A DNA stretch of 58,892 bases, filler included. It is 3 parts of 3 records of this genome, joined end to end, with 100 filler letters (N's around TTAATTAATTAA, not from the genome) between each part and the next. Parts side by side here need not be neighbours in the genome. Positions count along the whole stretch, not along the records: positions 27,414 to 58,892 come from SRR20825006_508; 2 more parts are not named here. One strand, written 5' to 3'. Under the pieces are notes generated by a model that searched no databases, was not told the DNA's origin, and saw only the letters and a list, made by a program, of their open reading frames with translations. How positions within the stretch are numbered: the first letter of the stretch is position 1; each line of letters starts with the position of its first letter. Below, one piece after another: positions 48,981 through 58,892 of this stretch. Made by a program: the position numbers and the translations under genes.

Positions 48981-50099
48981 ATGAACTCGATGACACTGAC
49001 ATCCAACCGTTTTCAGCAAGGCGTTAACCGTTTGCTGCAATCCCGTGTGGCGGAAATTCTGTCTTATCCCCACGGCGTTGACCGTTATCTGGAAGTGTTC
49101 AATCCGCTGTGGTCCGTTAACGAGGTACGCGCCAGGGTAGAAGCCGTACGTTACCTGACCAATGACAGCGTGACCCTGACCCTGCGTCCCAACCACAACT
49201 GGGAAGGCTTTATTCCTGGTCAGTTTGTCCAACTTTCCGTGACCATTGATGGCAAGCGTCAGACGCGCTGCTATTCCCCGGCCAATTCCCTGCACCGTAC
49301 CGATGGCTGCATCGAATTGACCGCCAAAGTGCACGCCAACGGCTTTGTTTCCCGTCATTTGCGTGAACAGCTGAGTGTTGGCGACGTGGTGCTGTTGTCC
49401 CAGGCGGATGGCGAGTTCGCTCTGCCGGCACAGCGTCCGGAGCAGGTGCTGCTGATCAGTGGTGGTAGTGGCATCACCCCGGTGATGTCCATGCTGCGCA
49501 CCCTGTGTGATGAGGGCTTTGCTGGCCCGATTACCTTTCTGCATTACGCCAACAGCGCCGCCGACATGATCTACGCCAGCGAGCTGGACGAGATCGCGCG
49601 GACCCACGACAACGTGACCCTGGTGCGCTGCTTCAACAATGACGGTGAACAGGGCGAGCTGTCTGGCCTGTTTTCCCGTGAACATCTGTATACCGCTGCG
49701 CCAGGATTTGCACAGGCAACCACTTTTCTGTGTGGCCCGCCGCCGATGATGGCTGCGGTGGAGAAAGTCTGGGAAGCAGACGGCTTGGCAGAACGGTTGC
49801 ACAAGGAGCAGTTCACCCTGGCGGCACCGCAGATCGAAAGCGATAGCGCTGAAGGCGAAGTGCGCTTCGTACAGAGCGAGAAAATGGCCATCAATAATGG
49901 CGCCACCCTGCTGGAGCAGGCCGAGTCCGCCGGGCTGACCCCGGAATCCGGTTGCCGCATGGGTATCTGCCACGCCTGTACCTGCCGCAAGACGGCTGGT
50001 GAAGTGCGCGATATCCGCACCGGTGAGATCACCAGTGGTGAAGAAGACATTCAAATTTGCATCAGCGTGCCGGTGGGCACGGTGACGCTGGACATCTAA
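48981..50099 (+). CDS. Ferredoxin reductase partner of the acyl-CoA desaturase (DesC-like)
   Basis: RCYS, GGSGITP and CGP motifs plus the C-terminal 2Fe-2S motif GCRMGICHACTC. Confidence 0.9.
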   Translation: MNSMTLTSNRFQQGVNRLLQSRVAEILSYPHGVDRYLEVFNPLWSVNEVRARVEAVRYLTNDSVTLTLRPNHNWEGFIPGQFVQLSVTIDGKRQTRCYSPANSLHRTDGCIELTAKVHANGFVSRHLREQLSVGDVVLLSQADGEFALPAQRPEQVLLISGGSGITPVMSMLRTLCDEGFAGPITFLHYANSAADMIYASELDEIARTHDNVTLVRCFNNDGEQGELSGLFSREHLYTAAPGFAQATTFLCGPPPMMAAVEKVWEADGLAERLHKEQFTLAAPQIESDSAEGEVRFVQSEKMAINNGATLLEQAESAGLTPESGCRMGICHACTCRKTAGEVRDIRTGEITSGEEDIQICISVPVGTVTLDI

Positions 50100-50163
50100 A
50101 CGGAATTACCCTAACCGAAGCGTCCCGAGACGAATCTTCAAACCGGGTTTAAGGAGAAAGCAC

Positions 50164-51321
50164 ATGAGTATTTTCAGCAACTTGACCGCCGAACAATTCG
50201 AGACCATCGGCCAGGAACTGGACGCCATTCGTAATCGTGAAATGGCGGATCTGGGCGAAGAAGATGCCACTTATATCCGCACCCTGATCAAGCGTCAGCG
50301 TCGTCTGGAAATCGCTGGCCGTGGCCTGCTGATGGCAGGCTTCCTGCCGCCGGCATGGCTGGCCGGTGTGGCTTGTCTGTCTGCCTCCAAGATCCTGGAC
50401 AACATGGAAATCGGTCATAACGTGATGCACGGCCAATACGACTGGATGGGTGATCCGGCCATTAACTCCAGGGTTTTTGACTGGGACAACACCTGCACCA
50501 ACACGGCCTGGAAACAGACCCACAATTTCGAGCACCACACCTTCACCAACGTGCTCGACAAGGACCATGACATTGGTTACGGCATCCTGCGTATGTCGGA
50601 AGACCAGGAGTGGGAGCCCCGCTTCCTGTTCAACCCGATCCTTGCAGGCATTCTGGCTACCTTCTTCCAGCACTTTGTGGCGATTCAGAGCCTCAAGCTG
50701 GAGGACTACCTGATCTACAAGACCAAGACCAGCGAAGAGGTGAAGGCAGAATTCAAGCCGACCTGGAAGAAGATGCGCAAGCAGCTGGTCAAGGACTACC
50801 TGCTGTTCCCGGCCCTGGCGGGTCCGTTCGCCCCCTTCGTGTTCGCCGGTAATATGGCGGCCAATGTGGCGCGCAACCTGTGGTCTTCCCAGGTGATCTA
50901 TAACGGTCACTTCCCGGAAGAGGTGGAACAGTTCCCGGAATCCGTGATCGAGAACGAGACCCGTGGCCAGTGGTATGTACGTCAGCTGCTGGGCTCTGCC
51001 AACTTCGAAGGTGGCCGTCTGATGCACGTGATGAGCGGCAACCTGAGCTTCCAGATCGAGCACCACCTGTTCCCCGATCTGCCGGCTCACCGTTACGCGA
51101 GAATCGCTCCGGAAGTACGCGCTATTTGTGAAAAACACGGCCTGCCGTACAACACAGGGTCGTTCATGCGGCAGTCTCTGAGCGTCTGGAAACGGATCTT
51201 CAAACTGTCCCTGCCCAACAAAACTGAAGGCGACAGCAAGAAAGGCCCGCTCAATGGTCTGCGAGCCAAAGTAGTGTCTCTTACCCGTGAACCGCAGTCA
51301 GAAAACCGCAAGGCTGCCTGA
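50164..51321 (+). CDS. Acyl-CoA desaturase (DesB-like)
   Basis: His boxes GHNVMHGQY, HNFEHH and QIEHHLFP. Confidence 0.92.
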   Translation: MSIFSNLTAEQFETIGQELDAIRNREMADLGEEDATYIRTLIKRQRRLEIAGRGLLMAGFLPPAWLAGVACLSASKILDNMEIGHNVMHGQYDWMGDPAINSRVFDWDNTCTNTAWKQTHNFEHHTFTNVLDKDHDIGYGILRMSEDQEWEPRFLFNPILAGILATFFQHFVAIQSLKLEDYLIYKTKTSEEVKAEFKPTWKKMRKQLVKDYLLFPALAGPFAPFVFAGNMAANVARNLWSSQVIYNGHFPEEVEQFPESVIENETRGQWYVRQLLGSANFEGGRLMHVMSGNLSFQIEHHLFPDLPAHRYARIAPEVRAICEKHGLPYNTGSFMRQSLSVWKRIFKLSLPNKTEGDSKKGPLNGLRAKVVSLTREPQSENRKAA

Positions 51322-51445
51322 TCGTCCCAGCGCGGTTTGATCTCCTGGTTCGGGCCGGGCCTGCGCTGGTTCCGGCCCTGCCATCCTTATGCTACTCTCA
51401 GTGATTCTGAGAGTAGCTTTTTTTGTATTGGGGACAAGGCAACGC

Positions 51446-52459
51446 ATGGCAGAAATGACGGATTCCGGTGTGCTGTTACGGATGGCCTACAAGGCCATGG
51501 TAAAAGCCGGTATTGATGCCGATGCCGTGTTGGCGGAGGTTGGGCTCGACAAGTCCATTTTGCAGGTCCCTGACCTGCGCACTCCTCATGATGCCCAGGA
51601 ATGGTTCTGGCAGGCTTTGGAAAAAGTGTCTGGCGATGAACATATCGGGTTGCATCTGGGTGAACATATTCCCGTCTATAAAGGCCAGGTGCTGGAGTAC
51701 CTGTTCCTGTCCAGTCCGACCTTTGGCGAAGGCTTGAAGCGGGCGCTGGATTATCAGCGCTTGCTGTCCGATGCCGCCCAGGGAGAACTGTTTGAGGAGG
51801 GCGATCGGGTTTTCCTCAAGCAAATGATCTGGAGTAATCGTCTCAGCCATCTCAATGAATGCATGATGATGGGCGTGATCAAGTTTTTCCGTTTCGTTAC
51901 CGATGATGCGTTTGAACCGGTGGAGGTACATTTTGGCCACGCCCGTCATGCGGATCAGCTGGAATATGAGCGTTTGTTCGATTGCCCGGTGAAATTCGAT
52001 ATGCCCAGTGTGGGCATGTATTTCGATGCCAAGGTCATGACTCTGCCATCCGCCCATCACGAACCGGAGCTGCTGCACCTGCACGAACAGCTCGCCAGTG
52101 AACAGGTCGCCCGGCTGGAAAAACAGGATCTTGTCGCTCAGGTGAACCGGCTGATTGGTGAATTACTGGAATCCGGCCACGCCAATCTGGAAGAGGTGGC
52201 GGAACGGTTGGGTATCAAGGCGCGGCAATTGCGCACGCGGCTGGCGGATGCCGGCACCAACTTCAACCAGCTGGTGGCCGATTACCGTTGCCGTCTGGCC
52301 AAACGTCTGCTGGCCGGTACCGATGAATCCATTGATGAAATTGTGTATCTCACCGGCTTTTCCGAGCCTTCCACCTTTTACCGTGCATTCAAACGCTGGG
52401 TGGGGATGACCCCCATTGAGTACCGCAAGTTGAAAGCGGAAGAGGATGCGCTGGGCTAA
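51446..52459 (+). CDS. AraC family regulator
   Basis: Arabinose-binding-like N domain and a C-terminal double HTH (GFSEPSTFYRAFKRW). Confidence 0.9.
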   Translation: MAEMTDSGVLLRMAYKAMVKAGIDADAVLAEVGLDKSILQVPDLRTPHDAQEWFWQALEKVSGDEHIGLHLGEHIPVYKGQVLEYLFLSSPTFGEGLKRALDYQRLLSDAAQGELFEEGDRVFLKQMIWSNRLSHLNECMMMGVIKFFRFVTDDAFEPVEVHFGHARHADQLEYERLFDCPVKFDMPSVGMYFDAKVMTLPSAHHEPELLHLHEQLASEQVARLEKQDLVAQVNRLIGELLESGHANLEEVAERLGIKARQLRTRLADAGTNFNQLVADYRCRLAKRLLAGTDESIDEIVYLTGFSEPSTFYRAFKRWVGMTPIEYRKLKAEEDALG

Positions 52460-52484
52460 GGCAGTAGCCAGGCTCTAGTGAAAT

Positions 52485-52512
52485 AAAAAAAGGCGCCCTT
52501 GGCGCCTTTTTT
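52485..52512. terminator. Bidirectional rho-independent terminator
   Basis: AAAAAAAGGCGCC-CTT-GGCGCCTTTTTT between convergent genes. Confidence 0.92.
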
Positions 52513-52536
52513 CGTTATCACTTGGCCGCCGCCTGT

Positions 52537-53862
52537 TTAAAGCACCATGGCCGCCAGCCACCCGGCGGCAATCAGCGGCAAGTTGTAGTGCAGGAAGGTA
52601 GGAATCACCGTGTCGCGAATATGGTCATGCTGGCCGTCTGCGTTGAGGCCGGCGGTGGGGCCCAGAGTGGAATCTGATGCCGGTGAGCCGGCATCTCCGA
52701 GAGCAGCGGCGCTGCCCACCAGTGCTGCCGTGGCCAGGGGAGAAAAGCCCAGTGCCAGGCAGAGGGGCACATACAGGGTGGTGATGATGGGAATGGTGGA
52801 AAACGATGAGCCAATCCCCAGGGTCACAAAGAGGCCGAGTAGCAGCAACAGGGCGGCCGCAACAGGCGGGCTTTGCAAACCACTGGTTACCGCTTCCACC
52901 AATACGGGAACCTGGCCGCTGGCATTCACGACAGAGGCATAGCCGTTAGCGGCGATCATGATGAAGCCGATCAGGGACATCATTTTTACCCCCTGGGTGA
53001 AGGCATCCTGAGAATCCCGCCAGGGCACCACTCCGCCCGCTGTAAAGACCAGAAAACCCACCAGTGCGCCGAGAATAATCGAGTCGCTGTAAAGCTGCAG
53101 GGCCAGCGCGGACACCAATGCCAGGGCAGCGACAACCACGTTACGTACCGAGAGAGGGGCATGCTGTTCTTCGCCGGGCAGCTGTACGGGCTGGTAATCA
53201 CGGGGTTTGCGGTAACGGACGATGGCAAGCAGCAGGCCAACCACCATGCCCGCAGCGGGTAGCAGCATGGCCAGCGGCAGGGTGTCGTTGGGTAGCTCAA
53301 GGCCGGCCTTGGCCAGGCTGGGGCCCAGTTGGGTGTGCAGGAAAATACTGCCGAAACCCACTGGCAACACCATGTAGGGGGTGATCAGGCCAAAGGTCAG
53401 GATGCATGCGGCCAGCCGGCGATCCAGGCGTAGCTGGTGCATCACTTCCAGCAAGGGTGGCACCAGAATCGGGATGAAGGCGATATGAATGGGCACCAGA
53501 TTCTGGCTCATGATCGCAGCTGCCAGCAGCACGGTGAGCAGCAGGGTGCGAATGCGGCGAAGCTGGCTCGGTGCTGGCGAGCGGCCGAGTTTTTCGATAA
53601 TGCGCCCGGCCAGCCATTCGGTGATGCCGGAGCGGGCGATGGCCACGGCAAAAGCCCCCAGTAGCGCATAGCTGAGGGCAATGTTGGCACCGTCGCCTAA
53701 CCCGTCAGTGAAAGCGGAAAGCGTGCTTTGCAATTCCAGTCCACTGCCCAGTCCTGCCACCAGCGCGGCGCACAGTAGCGCCAACACCACATTCATGCGG
53801 GCAAGGCTGAGGCACATCAGGATCAATACGGACCAGACAATGGGATTGAATAACGGATTCAT
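52537..53862 (-). CDS. Na+/H+ antiporter-family (YuiF-like) transporter
   Basis: PIHIAFIPILVPP, GIGSSFSTIP and GDAGSPASDSTLGPT motifs; multi-TM. Confidence 0.85.
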   Translation of the reverse strand: MNPLFNPIVWSVLILMCLSLARMNVVLALLCAALVAGLGSGLELQSTLSAFTDGLGDGANIALSYALLGAFAVAIARSGITEWLAGRIIEKLGRSPAPSQLRRIRTLLLTVLLAAAIMSQNLVPIHIAFIPILVPPLLEVMHQLRLDRRLAACILTFGLITPYMVLPVGFGSIFLHTQLGPSLAKAGLELPNDTLPLAMLLPAAGMVVGLLLAIVRYRKPRDYQPVQLPGEEQHAPLSVRNVVVAALALVSALALQLYSDSIILGALVGFLVFTAGGVVPWRDSQDAFTQGVKMMSLIGFIMIAANGYASVVNASGQVPVLVEAVTSGLQSPPVAAALLLLLGLFVTLGIGSSFSTIPIITTLYVPLCLALGFSPLATAALVGSAAALGDAGSPASDSTLGPTAGLNADGQHDHIRDTVIPTFLHYNLPLIAAGWLAAMVL

Positions 53863-54071
53863 GGTGCCTCCACCGTGCGAGCTCTGAGTCTACCGCGAGG
53901 CGGCGAGCACTTCCTAACCTGGTGGCGGGCAGCATTGACCCGTGGATGGCGCATTCTTCTTGTCATTCAGTGAAAGTGATGTGCTGGGGCAGGGAGGAGG
54001 TTTTCAGCTTGGTCGTCAGCTCGCCCCTGCGGTGTTCGAGCTGACGGTCAGAAGGCGAGGAGCGTAAGGGG

Positions 54072-54590
54072 TTAGCGATCTGTGCGGTGTGATTCACCGT
54101 CAATGGTGTCACCGCTAAGGGTGGTCCGGTCATCGTTGCTGCCCGGCCGTTGCTGGAACGGGTTGGGGCCTGCGCCGGTGTAGTGGCTGCGCGTGTAGGC
54201 AAACCCGGCATCTTGCACGGTGGTGAACCCCTGCAGGGAGCCTTTCTGAATCACCTTGTTGGCCATCCACCGACGCGAGACCGGAAGTAACAAGGCAAAG
54301 CCTACGGTGTCGGTAATAAAGCCGGGGGTGATCAGCAGGGCGCCGCCGAGCAGCAGCATCATGCCTTCCACCATTTCCTGCCCGGGCATTTCACCCTGTT
54401 GCATGCGCTGATTCAGGCGTACCCAGGTATCCAGACCTTGGCGGCGGAACAGATAGCTGCCCAGAAGAGCGGTTATCACCGTGGCAACAATAGTGATTGG
54501 CCAGCCGATGGCGCCAGCTACCTGCGCCAGCACCAGTACTTCCAGCAGGGCAAAACCGAAAATGAAAAAGAAAACGCGACCAAAACCCAT
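54072..54590 (-). CDS. fxsA: FxsA family membrane protein
   Basis: RRQG and LLITPGFITD motifs. Confidence 0.9.
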   Translation of the reverse strand: MGFGRVFFFIFGFALLEVLVLAQVAGAIGWPITIVATVITALLGSYLFRRQGLDTWVRLNQRMQQGEMPGQEMVEGMMLLLGGALLITPGFITDTVGFALLLPVSRRWMANKVIQKGSLQGFTTVQDAGFAYTRSHYTGAGPNPFQQRPGSNDDRTTLSGDTIDGESHRTDR

Positions 54591-54645
54591 GGGGGTGTCC
54601 TGTTTACCGTCAATAGTCAGTATGTGGTCATGATTGGACCTGAAT

Positions 54646-55560
54646 TCAAGGGGCAGGTTCCTGCGCGATGGTGTGCTCCAGTTGCTGGCGAAGCCAGCGG
54701 TGGGCGGGGTCGCGTTGCTGGGTCGGGGACCAGATCATGTAGATGGGGACCGGTGGCAGTGCAACGGGGAAGGGCAGTACTTGCAGTTGCATGGTTTCGG
54801 CGTACCGCTGAGCGAGCCGGTCGGGGACGGTGGCAATCAGGTCCGAGCCGCCGCAAACCGCCAGTATGCTGGCAAACTGGGTAACCCGGGCCCCGGTGCG
54901 CCGCTGCCAACCGGGAGCATTGAGAATTTGATCCAGGGGTAGCTGCCGGTTGCGGTTCGGCAGCACCACATGTTCCGCATCCAGGAATTGCTGTTTGTTG
55001 CAGTGCCCCTTGATGTGAGGGTGGCCCCGCCGGGCGATGACGACCAGCTTTTCTTCAAGCAATACATTGCGCTGCAGGCGGTCGTCATCGGCCACAAAGG
55101 CATCCACAGATAAATCCGCCCGGCCTTTGTGAAGCTCGTCAGGCATGTCGTCGTCGGCAGCAATGATTTCCAGCACCACATGGGGAGCCTGCTGCCGGAG
55201 TGTGGCCAACAGTGGGCCGAGCACCACCATTTCAAAATAATCCACGCTGAGAATACGAAAATGACGCTGGCTGGTGGCCGGGTCGAAACGGTTTTCCGGG
55301 TTCAGGGTGTCGCGCAAGGCGACCAGCTGCGGGCCAAGCTGATCATGTAGCTCCCGGGCCCGGGGGGTCGGTGTCATGCCGTGGTGGGTGCGAACAAACA
55401 GGATGTCGCCAAAGGTGTGGCGCAGGCGCTGCAGGGCGGCGCTGATTGCGGGCTGGCTCATGCCCAGAGATTCCGCGGCACGGGAGAGCTGGCCGGCTTC
55501 CATGATGGCATCGAAGACGGGCAACAGATTCAGGTCGATACTGCGTAAATTCAGCTTCAT
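54646..55560 (-). CDS. LysR family regulator (NodD/DntR-like)
   Basis: DLNLLPVF...SQPAISAALQRLR...LFVR and C-terminal DPAHRWLR. Confidence 0.92.
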   Translation of the reverse strand: MKLNLRSIDLNLLPVFDAIMEAGQLSRAAESLGMSQPAISAALQRLRHTFGDILFVRTHHGMTPTPRARELHDQLGPQLVALRDTLNPENRFDPATSQRHFRILSVDYFEMVVLGPLLATLRQQAPHVVLEIIAADDDMPDELHKGRADLSVDAFVADDDRLQRNVLLEEKLVVIARRGHPHIKGHCNKQQFLDAEHVVLPNRNRQLPLDQILNAPGWQRRTGARVTQFASILAVCGGSDLIATVPDRLAQRYAETMQLQVLPFPVALPPVPIYMIWSPTQQRDPAHRWLRQQLEHTIAQEPAP

Positions 55561-55561
55561 G

Positions 55562-55583
55562 GATATTAGTTATACCAAATATC
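55562..55583. promoter_or_regulatory. Candidate LysR operator
   Basis: GATATT-N10-AATATC dyad immediately upstream of the LysR start, in the divergent promoter region. Confidence 0.5.
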
Positions 55584-55649
55584 AATTAGAAAGATAAATA
55601 CAGTCTGTCTAGTTTGGAAGTGCGCATAACAACAACCGGGAGAATACCC

Positions 55650-56591
55650 ATGGACCAGATACTGACCTTGTCAGTCACCACCTTCATCGTTATCACCGCC
55701 ATCTGGGAAGTCTTTGCGGGCCGCACCCGCGAAGGAAGAAAGACTCGCCAGGACTGGAAAGTCGCGTTTCTTGCCACTTTCATGATGGTGGCTATTCAGC
55801 GCCCGCTGATGCTGCTGTTGATTACCCTGGCGTTGACCGGTCTTTTCCCGGCTAGCGCTGGCTCTCTTGCCTGGCTGCAAAGCGAGTATTTCTGGCCGAC
55901 CCTGATTGCCTTCTTCTGCATCGAAGAATTCCTGCATGGCTCTTTTCACCTGTTTGCCCACAGTCGCCGCCCGAAGAACAAGGCGCTGCAGTGGGTTCAG
56001 GCGTTCTACAAGATGAGCCATCGGCCCCATCACCTGGCTGGCGGCCAGGACAGCAAGGGGCAGCTGTCTGTGACGCAGACCTTTGTGAATGGCTGGGCCT
56101 GGTGGTTCATCATGCCTAACTACGCCTTCCAACTGGCTTGTTTGTATTTGGGCCTGGTGGAAGTCTTCCTTGTGGCGACGGCCTTTAAAGGTCTGTGGGC
56201 GGCCCAGACCCATGTGAACTGGAACTGGGATCTGTACTTCCACAATCACAAATGGGCCTGGGTGCGTAAAACCATGTGGGCACTGGCACACGTGATTACC
56301 TTTCCGACCCAGCATCACCATCACCACTCCCGTGGCCCGAACTCCGCCAAGAACGTGACGGCTACCCTGGCCATCTACGACTGGCTGATTTTCGGCACGC
56401 TGGCCATCGAGAAAGAGAAACCCAAGATGTATGGCTGGCGCCAGAATGATGATGAAGCCAATAGCGTGTTGAAGCGTTACTTCTATTGGGACGTTCGCAA
56501 CTTCATGCCCGGTGGTGCGGCTAAGGCAAAAGCCCGAGCTGAAGCGAAGGCAGCCAAAAAGGCACAGAAAGACGTGGCCGAGGCCGCCTGA
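55650..56591 (+). CDS. Sterol desaturase / fatty acid hydroxylase family protein
   Basis: Membrane protein with His boxes HGSFH, HRPHH, THVN and QHHHHHS. Confidence 0.85.
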   Translation: MDQILTLSVTTFIVITAIWEVFAGRTREGRKTRQDWKVAFLATFMMVAIQRPLMLLLITLALTGLFPASAGSLAWLQSEYFWPTLIAFFCIEEFLHGSFHLFAHSRRPKNKALQWVQAFYKMSHRPHHLAGGQDSKGQLSVTQTFVNGWAWWFIMPNYAFQLACLYLGLVEVFLVATAFKGLWAAQTHVNWNWDLYFHNHKWAWVRKTMWALAHVITFPTQHHHHHSRGPNSAKNVTATLAIYDWLIFGTLAIEKEKPKMYGWRQNDDEANSVLKRYFYWDVRNFMPGGAAKAKARAEAKAAKKAQKDVAEAA

Positions 56592-56639
56592 TCAACCTCG
56601 ACTCCTTGTGCTATCCACCTCGGGAGAGCGTGGAATATA

Positions 56640-56674
56640 AAGACCTCGCCGGGTAACCGGCGGGGTCTTTTTTT
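56640..56674 (+). terminator. Rho-independent terminator
   Basis: AAGACCTCGCCGG-GTAA-CCGGCGGGGTCTT followed by a T-run. Confidence 0.9.
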
Positions 56675-56814
56675 ACTGCTTTAGGGCTGCACTCTGGCTC
56701 CTGCAGCGGCGCTGTAGAAAGCGTGGCCTGCAGCCCACAAAAAAGCCGCACCCTGTGGGCGCGGCTTCTTGTTGCTTCTTGCGTGTTGCGTGAAGCATGG
56801 GGCCTGCTGCGGGT

Positions 56815-58233
56815 TTAAGCCCCCAGCAGCATCTGGCCACACACGCGCACTACGTTGCCGGTCAGGCCCTGGGAGGCCGGGCTGGCAAAGAAGGCGATGG
56901 TTTCGGCCACGTCCACCGGCTGACCGCCCTGGTTCATGGCGTTCATGCGGCGGCCCGCTTCACGGATGGTGAAGGGAATGGCGGCAGTCATCTGGGTTTC
57001 GATGAAGCCCGGTGCGACGGCGTTGATGGTGATGCCTTGCTCGGCGTATTCGTCCTTGAACGCATCGACCATGCCGATTACCGCAGCCTTGGAGCAACCG
57101 TAGTTAGTCTGGCCCAGGTTGCCGGCAATGCCAGCGATGGAGCTGATGGAAATGATGCTGGCGCCTTTGCCCAAACCACCGCTGGAAAGCAGGGCGTCGT
57201 TAATGCGCAGCTGGCTGGCGATGTTGATGTTCAGCACCATGTCCCAGAATTTTTCCGGCATGTTACCCAGCATCTTGTCGCGGGTTACACCGGCGTTGTG
57301 GACGACCACGTCATAGCCGCCAATGGCCTTGGCTTTTGCGGCGATGGCTGCCGGGGCTTCGTCAGCGGTGATATCCATTTCCAGGGTGTCACCACCAATC
57401 TGGGCTGCTACCGCGTTCAGGTCGTCGGCCATGGGCGGAATGTCCAGCACGGTGACGGTAGCGCCGTCACGGGCCAGTACTTCGGCAATGGCGGCACCAA
57501 TGCCGCGGGAACCACCGGTAACCAGGGCTTTCTTGCCTGCCAGGGGTTTATCCCAGTCGAATTTGGCAGCTTTGAAACCGGCTTTGGTAACCCGTACTAC
57601 CTGGCCGGAGACGTAAGCGGATTTTGGTGACAGGAAGAAGTGTAGCGGAGACGCCAGCTGCGCTTCGGCGCCTTCATCCACATAGACCAGCTGGGCGGTG
57701 GCGCCTTTCTTGATTTCCTTGCCCACGGAGCGGGTAAACCCTTCCAGTGCACGCTGGGCAACACGTGCGGCGCCAGCCTGTTTTTCCGGAGTGCGACCGA
57801 TCACGACAACGCGGGCGCATTTATCCAGCTTGCGAATCACCGGGTGGAAGAAATCCCACAGGGCTTTCAGTTCGTCCGGGTTCTGGATGCCGGTGGCGTC
57901 GAATACCAGGCCTTTGAATTTGGCGTCGTCATCGCGGCTGGCGGTGTAGTTGTCCGCATCCACGCCGAGCTTGCCGGCTTGCTTTTGCAGGTCAGTGGCG
58001 TTGGCGGTATTGGCCAGCACAGCGACTTGCGCGTCCGGCGACCCTTTAAGGGTGCTCAGTACGCTAGCGATGCCGGTGGAACCATTGGCGGCACCTACCA
58101 GAACGCGGCCTTTGATAAAGGACGCCTGGCCAGGCTGCCAGCGCTCCAGAATAACCGGAATCGGCAAGTTGATTGCGCCGAATAGCGCCTTGCCCATGGG
58201 AGAGTTGGCAATCGTCTGATAGGTATCGCTCAT
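56815..58233 (-). CDS. High-molecular-weight 3-oxoacyl reductase (FabG4-like)
   Basis: N-terminal flavodoxin-like part and a C-terminal SDR (TGGSRGIG, HNAG, NYGCSK, APGFIET). Start chosen at MSDTYQ. Confidence 0.88.
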   Translation of the reverse strand: MSDTYQTIANSPMGKALFGAINLPIPVILERWQPGQASFIKGRVLVGAANGSTGIASVLSTLKGSPDAQVAVLANTANATDLQKQAGKLGVDADNYTASRDDDAKFKGLVFDATGIQNPDELKALWDFFHPVIRKLDKCARVVVIGRTPEKQAGAARVAQRALEGFTRSVGKEIKKGATAQLVYVDEGAEAQLASPLHFFLSPKSAYVSGQVVRVTKAGFKAAKFDWDKPLAGKKALVTGGSRGIGAAIAEVLARDGATVTVLDIPPMADDLNAVAAQIGGDTLEMDITADEAPAAIAAKAKAIGGYDVVVHNAGVTRDKMLGNMPEKFWDMVLNINIASQLRINDALLSSGGLGKGASIISISSIAGIAGNLGQTNYGCSKAAVIGMVDAFKDEYAEQGITINAVAPGFIETQMTAAIPFTIREAGRRMNAMNQGGQPVDVAETIAFFASPASQGLTGNVVRVCGQMLLGA

Positions 58234-58556
58234 GGTCCTGTCCTTTTCCATCGAATGATGAATGTGTCCCTTTACCTTTAGGGTAAGCGGAACGGGTTTA
58301 AAGGGGTGGCGCGTAAAGAAGGGTTGAAAATACGCCTTCTTTCGTAGGGCAGGAAAATCCGCCCTGTCGCACACTGGCGCGTATTGAATCACTGCAGTGT
58401 GACGGGTGTATTGACCGGCCCCGGCCGTCAAACAGTCGTTTGAGCCAATGAGGCCGGCCCGGTTGGGGGTAGACTGCGCCCTGTCGAGTGAATACCGTGG
58501 CCAAATTAGCCACCGTCGTCGTCATTGATGACCGTCCATCTCTAGAGGAAAAGATT

Positions 58557-58892
58557 ATGCTGGCAGGTAAAGCCGTTCGTAAGGTCGCCATTATTGGTGG
58601 TAACCGTATCCCGTTTGCCCGTTCCAACAGCGCCTACATCGACACCAGCAACCAGGACATGCTCACAGCAGCTCTGGATGGCCTGGTCGATCGCTTCAAG
58701 CTGCACGGTGAGAAGATTGATGAAGTGGCCGCAGGCGCAGTGATGAAGCACGCCCGTGACTTCAACCTGGTTCGTGAAGCCGTATTGGGCTCCAAACTGG
58801 CCCCGGAAACTCCGGCCTACGACCTGCAGCAAGCCTGTGGCACTGGCCTGGAAGCGGCCATTCTGGTGGCCAACAAGATCGCCCTGGGCCAG
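58557..58892 (+). CDS. Acetyl-CoA C-acyltransferase (thiolase), 5' part
   Basis: MLAGKAVRKVAIIGGNRIPFARSN...QQACGTGLEA with the catalytic Cys; runs off the window. Confidence 0.9.
   Translation, partial: MLAGKAVRKVAIIGGNRIPFARSNSAYIDTSNQDMLTAALDGLVDRFKLHGEKIDEVAAGAVMKHARDFNLVREAVLGSKLAPETPAYDLQQACGTGLEAAILVANKIALGQ

Overview
The window is not one continuous locus. It is three contigs joined by two artificial 100-bp linkers (44 N + TTAATTAATTAA + 44 N at 19832-19931 and 27314-27413). Contig A (1-19831) looks lower in GC by eye and, by inference, Methylophaga-like. It carries the 5' part of katG, a CysB-linked sulfate assimilation operon (TSUP transporter, TusA-like protein, APS reductase cysH, cysD, cysN), an MxaD-like SRPBCC protein, a TPP-riboswitch thiamine uptake operon (TonB receptor, ykoF-like, pnuC/pnuT, HAD phosphatase), a phosphotransferase/SDR/mtnA unit, mtaD-ubiG-gph-rmuC-hpnC and a cupin. 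Contigs B and C are GC-richer and, by inference, Alcanivorax-like. Contig B (19932-27313) has glnA with a sigma54 promoter and NtrC boxes, a tusA plus THUMP-less ThiI/MnmA-like pair, a metallophosphoesterase, the aspartic protease / inactive transglutaminase-7TM / ATP-grasp ligase triad and the start of typA. Contig C (27414-58892) has a REP doublet, a trmY homolog, an integrase-less integron remnant (attI-like site, two cassettes, a very short 49-bp attC, a second attC cut by a probable IS end), mscK, a TrmJ/LasT methyltransferase and a plcB-type operon. It also has a selenium cluster (selU, PhnD-like ABC transporter, phzF coupled to an oxidoreductase-SelD fusion, PA2779/PA2778-like pair) and a fatty-acid desaturation/beta-oxidation region. 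The most promising novelties are the selenium cluster with its coupled PhzF and structured leader, the minimal attC with the orphan integron, and the ThiI-like/TusA pair at the glnA-typA locus. All protein calls rest on motif recognition, not database searches.
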